28,653 nt of DNA, from positions 1-28,653 of the forward strand of contig NW_021833472.1 of assembly GCF_006345805.1 (NCBI RefSeq), given 5' to 3'. How positions within the stretch are numbered: position 1 is the first letter of the stretch; each line of letters starts with the position of its first letter. Below the pieces are notes generated by a model, which was given only the letters and a program-made list of their open reading frames with translations, was not told the DNA's origin and did not search any database. Of this stretch, positions 1 through 10,337 are shown one piece after another. Both the position numbers and the translations under genes were made by a program. Source of the DNA: Octopus sinensis (taxonomy: Eukaryota).

Positions 1-1838
1 GCTGGTGACATCACCATGGTCCTTTATTGCTTGCGAGACATTTCTATCGCTAAAATAGCTAGAAGGAATGGCTGCTTGTACAACGGAAGGCATGTCTGAG
101 AGATCCATGAAAAACAGTTGTGGCTTCAAGATAGCTTCTTCTGACTCTCCGCTCAAAATCAATATTTGTTTCTTAGACAGAGCACCATTCACTACAAATA
201 CTTGACTTCTACTACTTAAAAAAGTCGTGTAGCCATTCTCCCAGTTTTTCAAATATGCAAAAACGAAGCACTTTCTGACATATTCCATGATCGCCTTTAT
301 CGAAAATCTTTGTAAAGTCGAAGTTATACCACATCAACATCATAATGCTGTTGATATCCTCTTCCTGGGAGGAAGCCCTGCTGCTAAATATCAACAAGTC
401 ATTTATTTTCTAAGGACGGGATCCGTTTCCCCTCTGGTAATTCATCCATGACTTTGCTGACATGTAATTTTTAGCGTTATGTTCTACTTCTTTTTGTATG
501 AACAGGTCCCTGTTTCAACGCTTGGAGAAGTTTCTCATTTGCAAAGAAGAATTGGAAAAGTAGTTGGAATGGTTTAGCTAAAGCTTAATGTTGCTGGGAG
601 GCCAACGTAGCGTGTGGTTGAGTTTAAGCATACTTCACCTACGGCTGGTATTACATCTCCTTCTTTTATTCCAATATATTCGATAGTTGCTACTTCCCTA
701 TGTAGAGCTGTAGTATCGAAGAACTCATTTGGATTAATTACTTGCATATGTCCCAGCGAGACGCTGAAATCACTTTTGAATTGTTCATTAAGTATTTAAT
801 TTATTAGAAATATTGAATTTCTAAATGTCTCAGAGAGACATGAGCGGTGGTGGGGCGATATAGTGGTTGTATACTGTCATCTCAACGTAACAGTCCCGTA
901 AAGGGAATCACACCACCGCTATTTAGCCCTTGGAAGCATCGACGCTTCCTGTTGGCTTTGACACATTTCCTGTGTCCTGATTCCCTTTACGGGACTGTCA
1001 TGTTGAGTTGACAGTATACAACCACTATTTAATTTATATTCTTTAGTTTGCAGTCAGTTAGTTATCTCCTTTAACCAGGGGCCTTATTTGGCAATGTACT
1101 CGGGGTGATTCGTTAATAAATTTTTAGAAAACTTTAGGGATCATTTATACATTTTCTCTGAATTTTGTGAAAGTGTTTGGTTTTGTTTCTTATTTCAAGG
1201 AATGATTTTTATAGGCAAGAATTTTTCGCTGTTTTTGAATTTTTCCATTTAAGCAATATGTGATTGTACTATTTCATCTCATAAGATATTTTTCTTTCAC
1301 TGGAAATCGTATTTTTGTGTAAACTGGCTTTCTTGGAATAAATGAATACCCACGTTTTGCATTATCGCCCTGCGATTGTGCTTGATGACTGAAGTTTAAT
1401 ACGATTGTCAATTCTGTTTCAAGATCTCTTTTTGGATCGATTTCCGATTTGCTTCGTGTGAACGTCCATGCAAGATAGATTGCGAGTGCTTCTTGTAGGG
1501 TGCATATCTACGACTTCCTTTGAAGTTCCGCTTATGTTATGAGCCTGAGAAAATTATCAGCATGACCTTCATGTTATGGATGAGTTCCGTCTTATTTCCC
1601 GAAGCAAAGATCTAAAATGTTGTTACCGCTAGTTGAGTGAAGTGTAGTATTATTTGTTTCATTGAACAATACAACAGAAATGTCAAGAAAAGATACTTCT
1701 CGATTTGTTTATGCAGTGATGTTCTCAAGAGACCATATATTGTTGTGTCTTTGGAGAGTCATGACGACTATTTCAAGACACAAGAAAATTGTCTCACAAC
1801 ACAATCTCAAATCAAGAAAACTTGCAAGCCAAAATGCA

Positions 1839-1845
<7 letters not shown>
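1..1845 (-). mobile_element. Decayed CR1/L2-like LINE ORF2 fragment (APE endonuclease end plus RT), interrupted by a MITE
   Basis: Manual minus-strand translation with frameshifts and stops. STSGNNILDLCF (~1605-1640) resembles the APE C-terminal region. LAKPFQLLF, then FDFTKIFDKGDHGI...KLGEWLHDF (ORF 212-397), resemble RT 'LDFAKAFDKVDH'. FLSSRSQVFVVNGALS...LILSG...LFFMDLSDMP (1-215) resembles 'SGVPQG..LGPLLF...DLP'. Confidence 0.8.
863..1025. mobile_element. MITE with ~50-bp terminal inverted repeats and TA flanks
   Basis: 860-910 and 979-1028 are inverted repeats matching at 48/51 positions by eye. TA lies at 861-862 and 1026-1027. It sits inside the decayed LINE. Confidence 0.8.
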
Positions 1846-1892
<47 letters not shown>

Positions 1893-1897
1893 TATAT
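1840..1897. repeat. (AT)n microsatellite
   Basis: Direct reading. Confidence 0.95.
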
Positions 1898-1944
1898 TTG
1901 TAAAAAAGAAGTTTGAAAATGCCACTATATTAGATAAATTTTAA

Positions 1945-1990
1945 TTTTTACATGTTTCGGTTCTTGAAATAACGAACCTTATCAAAAAGA
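1945..1990 (-). ncRNA. Decayed minimal hammerhead ribozyme-like motif (Penelope-type)
   Basis: Minus strand reads UUU-UUGAUAA-GGUUC-(10 nt)-GAACC-GAAAC-AU-GUA-AAA. Stem II is perfect and stem III is the palindrome ACAUGU, but the core has two substitutions versus CUGANGA. Confidence 0.45.
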
Positions 1991-2008
1991 ATTTTTTTTA
2001 TAATAAAG

Positions 2009-2125
2009 AGTATAATGGAATAGTTCATAGTTGTTTCATACATTCAATAGAGTTCATGTTATATACATAAAAAGTATAATGGAACAGTTCATAATTGTTA
2101 CATACATTCAATAGAATCCATGTTC
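2009..2125. repeat. Two-copy imperfect direct repeat (~66-bp period)
   Basis: gtataatggaa(t/c)agttcata(g/a)ttgtt(t/a)catacattcaatag occurs twice. Confidence 0.75.
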
Positions 2126-2419
2126 TTGAAAAGGCGAAAAATATATTATAAGGTGTAAGTCGTTCCTTACTGTTTTGTCAAGTGTAGTGCAGGAGTTCAT
2201 TATAGATTTTACCTTGTGTTCCGATGGGAGCAACAGTAGTGATTCTTGGTTGTCGACTGTTAGCGTAATTTTGGTAAACTTGTGATTGTTGGGTTTATAT
2301 CAGTTAAGTTGTGGCTATGAAAGCAGTAGTAGCTGTGGTCTCTGGCACTGTTCACTGACGTCATATAATTCCAAACCAATCAAAGCCAAGCTTCAACGAT
2401 TATAAGGAAAAGACCCCCA

Positions 2420-2752
2420 ACTGTATCCTGTTTAGGAAACCAGCCAAGCAGAACGACAAGTTTGACCACGGAAGAAAGACGTCATCAATTTTTTAGCGAA
2501 TCAAAATTAGATCTGACCCATAATTGTATCCTGTTAGGTGGCTAGTTTGACCACGGAAGAAAAACGTCATCAATTTTTTAGCGAATCAAAGTCAGATCTG
2601 ACCCATAATTGTATCCTGGTTAGTTTGACCACGGAAGAAAAATTAGACCTGACCCATAACTGTATCTTGTAGGGAAACCAATCAAGCATGGCGACAAGCT
2701 TGACTACTGAGGTAAAACGTCATCAATTTTTTGACTAATCAAAATCAGATCT
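2420..2752. repeat. Imperfect tandem repeat, 3-4 copies of an ~80-110 bp unit
   Basis: Recurring tgtatcctg...tttgaccacggaagaaa..acgtcatcaatttttt.gcgaatcaaa..agatctgacccataa. Confidence 0.8.
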
Positions 2753-2909
2753 GTTCGCAGAGAAAAAAAATTATTTTTATAAATTTTTCCTTCTCTAAGA
2801 CATACCACTGCCAGCGGGAGTGACTGCTTAAGGATCTGAGAAATTGTAATTGCCCCAACCTCCACTATTTTAATTCTCTCACTGTGGCCGTAGTAATATA
2901 TATATTACT

Positions 2910-3120
2910 GGAGGCGCAATGGCCCAGTGGTTAGGGCAGCGGACTTGCGGTCGGAGGATCGCGGTTTCGATTCCCAGCCGGGCGTTTGTGTGTGTTTATT
3001 GAGCGAAAACACCTAAAAGCTCCACGAGGCTCGGCAGGGGATGGTGGTGATCCCTGCTGTACTCTTCACCACTCTAAAGGCGGTGCTCCAGCATGGCCGC
3101 AGTCAATGACTGAACAAGTA
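2910..3120 (+). mobile_element. tRNA-derived SINE, family B head joined to family C tail
   Basis: A-box TGGCCCAGTGG and B-box GGTTTCGATTCC. 2910-3075 matches the copy at 24633-25019; 3076-3120 matches the tails of the copies at 19562-19960 and 27303-27775. Confidence 0.85.
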
Positions 3121-3123
3121 CAA

Positions 3124-3124
<1 letters not shown>

Positions 3125-3185
<61 letters not shown>

Positions 3186-3195
3186 ATATATATAA
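3125..3195. repeat. (AT)n microsatellite
   Basis: Direct reading. Confidence 0.95.
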
Positions 3196-3429
3196 TATTG
3201 ATTTTGGTATTGATATTTAGCAGAATCAAACAGACTCAAGGGTCGGGAGTTTCGTGTGTTAGCATTCATCAAACTAGTTACAGAACATCGGAGTTATGAA
3301 TTTATATACTAGTGATAATATTATAAACCTGGATAGTTCTGGAACAAATTATTTTTAAAAAATTGCAATGACACGTGGATAATTCATATTTTTCGAATAG
3401 TTTGCCCGTTGTGCCGTTCAATGAGTAAA

Positions 3430-3827
3430 TCTTTATATATAAAAGTGAAGTTGTGTGTCTGTCTCCTACGATTTAGATTCCTAACTACTTCCACATTATG
3501 CGGTGCAGTGTAACCAAAAGCGGGTATCTTATAGTCGTGATTCATATCGAGCCCTTCTGGGTATTAGCGCACGTCTACGATGAGTCTACGATTTAAAAAA
3601 TAATTTACCATCATTTTTTTCCATTTTAATGCATTTTTTCGCTATTATATAAGGGAAGTAACTCTCTAAAAATGTCTACGATGAGTCAATGATTTAAAAA
3701 CAAATTTAGCATCATTTTTTTTTCCATTTTTAATGCATTTTTTTGCTAATTTTGGCTATAACTCTCTAAAAATGCTTATATAGTTATTTCCCTTACAAAC
3801 CCGAGCAACGCCGGGCGATACTGCTAG
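3430..3827 (+). mobile_element. Non-autonomous Helitron
   Basis: 5' TC at 3430 after an A. Subterminal hairpin CCCGagcaacgcCGGG (~3800-3815). 3' CTAG at 3824-3827 followed by T. No TSD. Confidence 0.85.
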
Positions 3828-3914
3828 TATATAAATAAAAAATAAACAAATAAGGAAACTTTGTGCGTACTTACACACATATAAAATCACAAAACCTATA
3901 TGTATATAATATAT

Positions 3915-3950
<36 letters not shown>

Positions 3951-3989
3951 AATATATGTATGTATATGATATGTATTATATATATCCCT

Positions 3990-4140
3990 TGGATATCATC
4001 GGTAGCGTGGAGGGGGGAGGCTGGTATACATGAGCGACTGTTGATCTTCCATGAAACAACCTTGCCCAGCTTTGTGCCTCGGAGGGTAATTTCCTAGGTG
4101 CAATCCCACGGTCATTCATGACCAAAGGGGGTTCTTTACC
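3990..4140. mobile_element. Probable interspersed repeat fragment (unclassified)
   Basis: GC-richer island bounded by AT microsatellites between two Helitron ends. It resembles a SINE 3' portion; family not established. Confidence 0.3.
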
Positions 4141-4173
4141 CCTTATATAAATATATATCTATATATATATATA

Positions 4174-4685
4174 CTAACAGTATCGCCCGGCGTTGCTCGG
4201 GTTTGTAAGGGAAATAACTATATAAGCATTTTTAGAGAGTTACTTCCCTTATAGATGCCAATTCGGGCTTTCTTAACCATTTCTGTTTTGGTGTCTTCAA
4301 GCCATGAAGTCGTTATTCTAAAAGAACGCTGGTCTCCTTGACAACGCTTTACGACGTTGATTTCCTTACACTCCCTTCCCCACAGCTTCACGAGGGAGGG
4401 AAGAAGGGGGACAAGCAAACAGGTGCAGGTGTGACCATGGACGCCAACTCCGCCGCCATCGACACACGAAAAATTATGCATTAAAATGGAATAAAAAATG
4501 ATATTAAATTATTTTTAAAATCGTAGACTCATCGTAGACGCGCGCTAATACCCAGAAGGGCTCGATATGAATCACGACTATAAGATACCCGAATTTGGTT
4601 AAACTGCACCGCAAAATGTGGGAGTAGTTAGGAATCTAAATCGAAGGGGACAGACACTCACACAACTACAGTTTTATATATATAT
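4174..4685 (-). mobile_element. Non-autonomous Helitron, same family as 3430-3827
   Basis: Reverse complement shares both ends with the 3430-3827 copy, including the hairpin cccgagcaacgccggg. The end is TTAG rather than CTAG, and there are ~230 extra internal bases. Confidence 0.85.
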
Positions 4686-4747
4686 ATATATTTAAAGTAA
4701 CAACCTAAGGAATTGTATCTCTCTATTTAATTTATTTCATATATATA

Positions 4748-4938
4748 CAGAGTCCACTAAAACAAGTATATACACTTTAAGAAAGGAAAAATCAGTATAA
4801 ATATTTAATTCAGTGTTATGGCAATTTGATAAAACACCAAAAGAGTTATCTATATTTATAGAAGTATTTATACAAGTTAAACATTTATACAGGTTTTTCC
4901 ATTCCCGAAGTGTTTATTCAATTTTTGGGCGGACTCTG
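4748..4938. mobile_element. Tc1/mariner-type MITE
   Basis: TA-CAGAGTCCAC...GCGGACTCTG-TA: imperfect TIRs starting CAG, with TA duplications at 4746-4747 and 4939-4940. Confidence 0.7.
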
Positions 4939-5009
4939 TATGTATGTATGTATGTATGTATGTATGTATGTATTGTTGTATGTATGTATGTATTTATATA
5001 TTATATTAT

Positions 5010-5040
<31 letters not shown>

Positions 5041-5045
5041 TATAT

Positions 5046-5085
<40 letters not shown>

Positions 5086-5100
5086 TGTATGTATGTTATA
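4939..5100. repeat. (TATG)n/(AT)n compound microsatellite
   Basis: Direct reading. Confidence 0.9.
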
Positions 5101-6990
5101 ATAGTCAATATCTATGTGTTCGTGCGTTCGTGTATTACTTATAGACTCGAAAACTACTGGACCGATCCTAATGAAATTTGGAACAAAAAATCCAAGCCAA
5201 GGGAGATGGGTAATGCCGTATTTTTCATGCAATTTTGAGGGGGTATAAATGGGTGGGGAGGTAGATCCCCCACCCCCCTGTGAAAATTCATATGCTTCGG
5301 ACTTTGATGAAACTTGAACCATAGGTATTAGAAATAATTTTAAAAATATACCCAAAATTTTCATTTCTTTTCGTGGACCAAAATTACTGAATGGATCCTT
5401 ATGATATTTGGAACTTAGATTCAATGCACAAGGGCGGGTATAATGCAGTATGTTTGGTTCGAATTTGAGGGGGTTTAAAGGGGGAAGAATCCACCATAAA
5501 AATTCATAAATTTCCAACGTTGATGAAAGTTCAACCATAGGTAATTGACACCAATCAAGAAGTATTCCCAAAAGTTTCCTCTTTCTCATGAGGATTCTAA
5601 GACCCCCTAATGGGGAGCTTAACTCCCATATTTTAGTCATTTTTATGATCCAAAACAAGGTCAAAAGCACTGAATGGATCTTTATGAAATTTGGAAATTA
5701 TATTCTATGCACAAGGGCGAATGTAATGCAGTATATGTTTGAAGGTAAGGGGACATAAATGAGGCCATAACCCCCATGAAAATTCATATATTTTTGCTGT
5801 TGATGAAATTTTAACCATAGATATTAGACACAAATGGAGCAATATTCCTAAGATTTCAACTTCTTAGGAGGTTAGTAAGACCTCTTAATGGGATCTTAAC
5901 CCCCGCAATTTAGTCATTTTCCTAAGCCAAGACGAATACAATAGTAGTCTTGGAAGCTGTAGAGTCACCCAAGGATACAAGTTGAACGTTATTTGTAATT
6001 CAATGGTACAACAGTGTAAGAGTTTGCTTTGAGATATACTTAGATTGTGATTTCTGCAATGTGGTGCATAAATTGTCAAGTAAAGGAGAGGCATCTTTGC
6101 CTCCACTGATTCAGTTGTAAAGTGTTGAGTAAAGTTATTTGATTGCAGACCTCCTTTGAGTCTTTTTATTATCACTGGATCAGAGATAGTCCCCAGATGG
6201 TAACAGTGATTTCAAGGCCTTTCCACATATGTGATTGGTCATTCAAAGAGATTTATAGATTGCAAATTTATTCTGTTCAGTTACCTATCGGCATAGTGAT
6301 CATTAGCAAACTCCAGGGGTGACACTTTCATTTTCCCTTAGCCCTCACATCACATAGTTGTTAATGTTTATTTGAGTTGGGTCACGCCCTTCCAATTGCT
6401 ATAGATCCATAATGCATCTTACGGCTGTGCCGGTCACCTGTATGGTGAGGAATCTTACATTGGGGAGTGGTAACGACTAGGGTAGGCTAGCTGACTGCTT
6501 ATTGTGATCATTAGTCTTTTGGTTTCCTCTAGCTTTGCTCTCTTTAACAAACCCAGTGAACATTCATCGATTTTCGATTTCAAAGAAATTTGATATAAGA
6601 TATAAGACACAAGTTAAAAAAGATTCCCAACAATTCAACTTCTCTGGTTGACTTTAAAACTCTCCCTAATAGAGGCCTTAACTCCCACATTTTAGAGCTC
6701 CATGAGCGCCAAGTACTCCATTTTTCAGGAGCAAAAACCTTTGAATGGGTTTTACAAGATTTGGATTTTGGAATCTGGGCATAAAGATGAGGAGTATGGG
6801 ATAAATATGTCATGATTAGAATTTTTCTTAGGGTGTGTAAAGAGGGAAAAAACACCCATTACAATTCTTGATCTCCAATTTTGATGAAATTCGAATCATA
6901 AGTATTCCAGTTCATTAAAGAAAATATAAAAGAAAAGTCTAATTCTTCAATTCCATGTTAGACGGACAACGCAACGCCGTTATCTCTGCT
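5100..6990 (+). mobile_element. Helitron-like non-autonomous element with internal ~230-300 bp subrepeats, interrupted by unrelated sequence at ~5925-6565
   Basis: Recurring blocks tgatgaaa.tt.aaccatag.ta.t.ga.a and ctgaatggatc.ttatga.atttgg. The 3' end gacaacgcaacgccgttatctctgctaat resembles a decayed hairpin plus CTAG-T end. Confidence 0.55.
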
Positions 6991-7010
6991 AATATATATG
7001 TATATATATA

Positions 7011-7058
<48 letters not shown>

Positions 7059-7106
7059 TGTGAAGAAATGGAGCTGAACGAAGATTTAACAAAATTCCTT
7101 TTTATT

Positions 7107-7191
7107 ATTTTCTACATATGTTTCAAAGGCTGCAAAGTTCCTAATTCGGATTGAATAAGGAGTCCATTTTGCGCCTTCTCTTCAGGAAAAT
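7107..7191 (-). ncRNA. Type I hammerhead ribozyme motif (mirror copy)
   Basis: AUUUUC-CUGAAGA-stem II-GAAAC-AUAU-GUA-GAAAAU on the minus strand, with a 1-nt deletion in stem II relative to the plus copy. Confidence 0.65.
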
Positions 7192-7223
7192 CCAGGAACT
7201 TAATTAGAAAATTAAGTTCCTGG

Positions 7224-7309
7224 ATTTTCCTGAAGAGAAGGCTGCAAAATGGACTCCTTATTCAATCCGAATTAGGGACTTTGCAGCCTTTGAAACATAT
7301 GTAGAAAAT
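7224..7309 (+). ncRNA. Type I hammerhead ribozyme motif with minimal palindromic stem III
   Basis: Stem I AUUUUC (7224-7229) pairs with GAAAAU (7304-7309). Core CUGAAGA at 7230-7236. Stem II GAAGGCUGCAAA/UUUGCAGCCUUU. GAAAC at 7292-7296. GUA triplet at 7301-7303. Confidence 0.72.
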
Positions 7310-7519
7310 AATAAAAAGGAATTTTGTTAAATCTTCGTTCAGCTCAATTTCTTCCTACACTAAATATATAAAACTTCAAATTTCCGCACTAAGGCACGGA
7401 TTTTAGGCCCCATGGTCGTAACCTCAACCGTGCTTTTTCTGTTGTGATTTTTGCTGCCCAGGTGTCGGTTATCATTTGAATAATCCGTAATAAGATAATT
7501 CATTTATCTACTTCAATAA

Positions 7520-7760
<241 letters not shown>

Positions 7761-7761
7761 T

Positions 7762-7974
7762 GTTATCGCCATACTAATATGGCATTCTTATAAAAATAAG
7801 AAAAAAGCTGTCCGGTCAAGTAGTGTGGAGCGACTGACCTCTCCCTTGTTCGAAGGTTATATGGATACAGTTTGTGTATCAAATAGCTAACTTAAGGCGA
7901 TGGCCTCATGGAGCTAATAAGCGGACAGCTTTTTTCTTATTTTTATAAGAATGCCATATTAGTATGGCGATAAC
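7762..7974. mobile_element. MITE with perfect 53-bp TIRs
   Basis: 7762-7814 and 7922-7974 are exact reverse complements (53/53 by eye) around a 107-bp core. Confidence 0.85.
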
Positions 7975-8041
7975 TATTATTTTCCGGAACGCTGCCGCTG
8001 TTCTCTTTTAGAGAGACTTAGTTATTTTATATTTCTATTAT

Positions 8042-8085
<44 letters not shown>

Positions 8086-8274
8086 CTGTACCACCGGATA
8101 GTCTTGAACCAGTTGTAGGGTGTTCCACCATGAGGGATCGATGCCAGATGTGACGAAACAATTGTTGAGATTAATAATAAATTCTCGTAAGTTCCATACA
8201 GGAAACAGAGGAAAGTCCAAGAGAAAAGGAAGACGGAGGGAAAAGTCGCTAACGATCCACATGTAGTTACATGC

Positions 8275-8390
8275 GTGTGTGTGAGAGAGTGTGTGTGTGT
8301 GTGTGTATGCGTGTGCATATTTGTATATATGCATGTGTGTGTATGCATGTATGTATGTATGTATTCATGCATGCATATATGTATGCCTGT
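8275..8390. repeat. (GT)n/(GTAT)n compound microsatellite
   Basis: Direct reading. Confidence 0.85.
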
Positions 8391-8604
8391 ACATGTCGAG
8401 GCACGTGCCTTATTGGTTTCGGCGTTGCAGTCTTCTTGTTTCGAACCGTTGTGTTCTTGAGCAAAACACTTCATTTCACGTCGCTCCGATCCATTCAGCT
8501 GGCAAAAATTAGTAACTCTAAGACAAACAGGCATACCATCCAGTGGGGAGAATATATACGCCAGTCCGGGAAACTGGCACCATGAGCGTAAGACTCGGGA
8601 AGGA

Positions 8605-8776
8605 TCTCGCTAGCCACTACACATTCTTTATTTTCTCTCCTTGTTCCTTTCTGTGGAAGAGCGTAGGCTCGAAACGTTAAAGACTTTTTCACTTCCCGAG
8701 TGTTAAACTAATACATCTGTTTATTGTGTACACCACCTGTCTTCGTCTTTTGTTTTTTTTGTATGAATTCTCTCCC

Positions 8777-8780
<4 letters not shown>
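8605..8780 (+). mobile_element. Short interspersed repeat carrying a degenerate minimal hammerhead-like motif (8647-8682)
   Basis: CUUU-CUGUGGA-A-GAGC-GUAG-GCUC-GAAAC-GUU-AAAG. Stems I and II pair, but the core deviates at A6. Confidence 0.4.
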
Positions 8781-8854
<74 letters not shown>

Positions 8855-8869
8855 AGTTAGTTTGTTAAT

Positions 8870-8990
8870 TTGGCTCAAAAGCAAATAGCAAGGCCATGTA
8901 GGGGGACATGGAGTTAAGTACAGGGTGGTGTTCATGTAAAGAGTTCAGGCCACTTGAGGTCCAGGGAGGCTTTGAACAAAGCGGTCGTAT
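8870..8990 (-). mobile_element. CR1-like LINE 3' end fragment
   Basis: Reverse complement is similar to 17085-17210 (...gttcaaag.ct....tggcctgaactcttt...cctacatggccttgct.tt..ttttgagccaa). Confidence 0.8.
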
Positions 8991-9124
8991 ATATATATAT
9001 ATATTGGCCGGCTCGCTTAACCAGCGGGGTGGCGTCATTTGAAGGCTAAAACAATGCGAAGCGCATTGTGACCAGCGATGTGTAGCAACATCTGATAGCC
9101 TGGTCGGTCACGGTGATCACGGTG

Positions 9125-9128
9125 ATAT

Positions 9129-9200
<72 letters not shown>

Positions 9201-9242
9201 GAGTATAGATATGCATACACATACACCTACTTATGTATATAT

Positions 9243-9284
<42 letters not shown>

Positions 9285-9400
9285 GTATATATATTCACGT
9301 ATGCATGTATATATATATATAATATATATATATATGTACACTTTATACAGGCATACGTATATACTAATACATTGATACATTGATATATGTATGTATATGT
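9125..9400. repeat. (AT)n-rich compound microsatellite
   Basis: Direct reading. Confidence 0.9.
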
Positions 9401-9974
9401 GTCTGCGCGCGCGTGCGTGTGTGTGCTTGCGCGCATGCGCGAGCACATTTATATTACTGCTGTGTATTGAAACAGGATATGTACGGTTGTGAAACAGGTT
9501 ATGCTGAACCTTATAATAAATAATACCCATGATGAAATTTATGTTATGGGGGTTATTTGTGTGTGTGTGTGTATGCGTGTTCTATGTGAATACATAAATA
9601 TATGTGTATAAATATATATATATGTGTGTTTGTGTGAGTATATATATATATGTGTGTGTCTGTGTGATATGGTGACAAAAAGCTTAAAATTAAGAGTATT
9701 GGTGACGTCTTTTGGTTGGTCACCTACAATTATATATTGAATTCAATACGTAACTACACACGCATACGCACACACATTCACACACACACACACGCATACA
9801 TACATATTCATACATACATACATACATACGTACGTACACACATACAAAGGCACTTATGCTCATGTTTGCGTGAAGTGGACGGGTGAGTGGCATGGGCGGC
9901 GGTGTATATAAGACCAGTTTTATGCTGAGTTGCAAAACAGGAAATAGGCAAATCGTACGTAATATACTCACGTG

Positions 9975-10036
<62 letters not shown>

Positions 10037-10266
10037 TATATATATAAGTATATATATATATAAGTATATATGTGCATGTATGTTCGTATTTATGTATGTA
10101 CACACATACATACATACATACACATACACACACACATATGTATATTAAATTTAAGGTGGGGTGAGAATTAACTCTTGATGGAATCGTAGCGGCGCCGTCC
10201 TGATACATGACTTGTCCCGAACATTTCAGACTGGCGAACTTCTTTGTTCTCCAGGTCGATGACTTA

Positions 10267-10277
10267 TAATAATAATA

Positions 10278-10330
<53 letters not shown>
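10267..10330. repeat. (AAT)n microsatellite
   Basis: Direct reading. Confidence 0.95.
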
Positions 10331-10331
<1 letters not shown>

Positions 10332-10337
10332 TATGCA

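Larger units (their letters stand above)
7056..7362. repeat. Near-perfect palindrome (~150-bp arms, 4-nt loop at 7206-7209), probably an inverted Penelope-like element terminus
   Basis: 7056-7205 is the reverse complement of 7210-7362 with only a few mismatches or indels. Confidence 0.95.

Noticed and set aside
2910-2985. tRNA genes at SINE heads (also 17641, 19562, 25016 and 27303)
   Set aside because: A and B boxes are present, but there is no complete cloverleaf with an acceptor stem, and each continues into a SINE body.
5925-6565. Possible RTE-like LINE remnant on the minus strand within the Helitron-like element
   Set aside because: Only faint motif resemblance (EFANDHYAD, NNVQLVSLG), too weak to call; left unclassified.
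8125-8172. Possible hammerhead (catgag...gacgaaacaattgtt)
   Set aside because: The CUGANGA core is absent and neither stem I nor stem II pairs convincingly.
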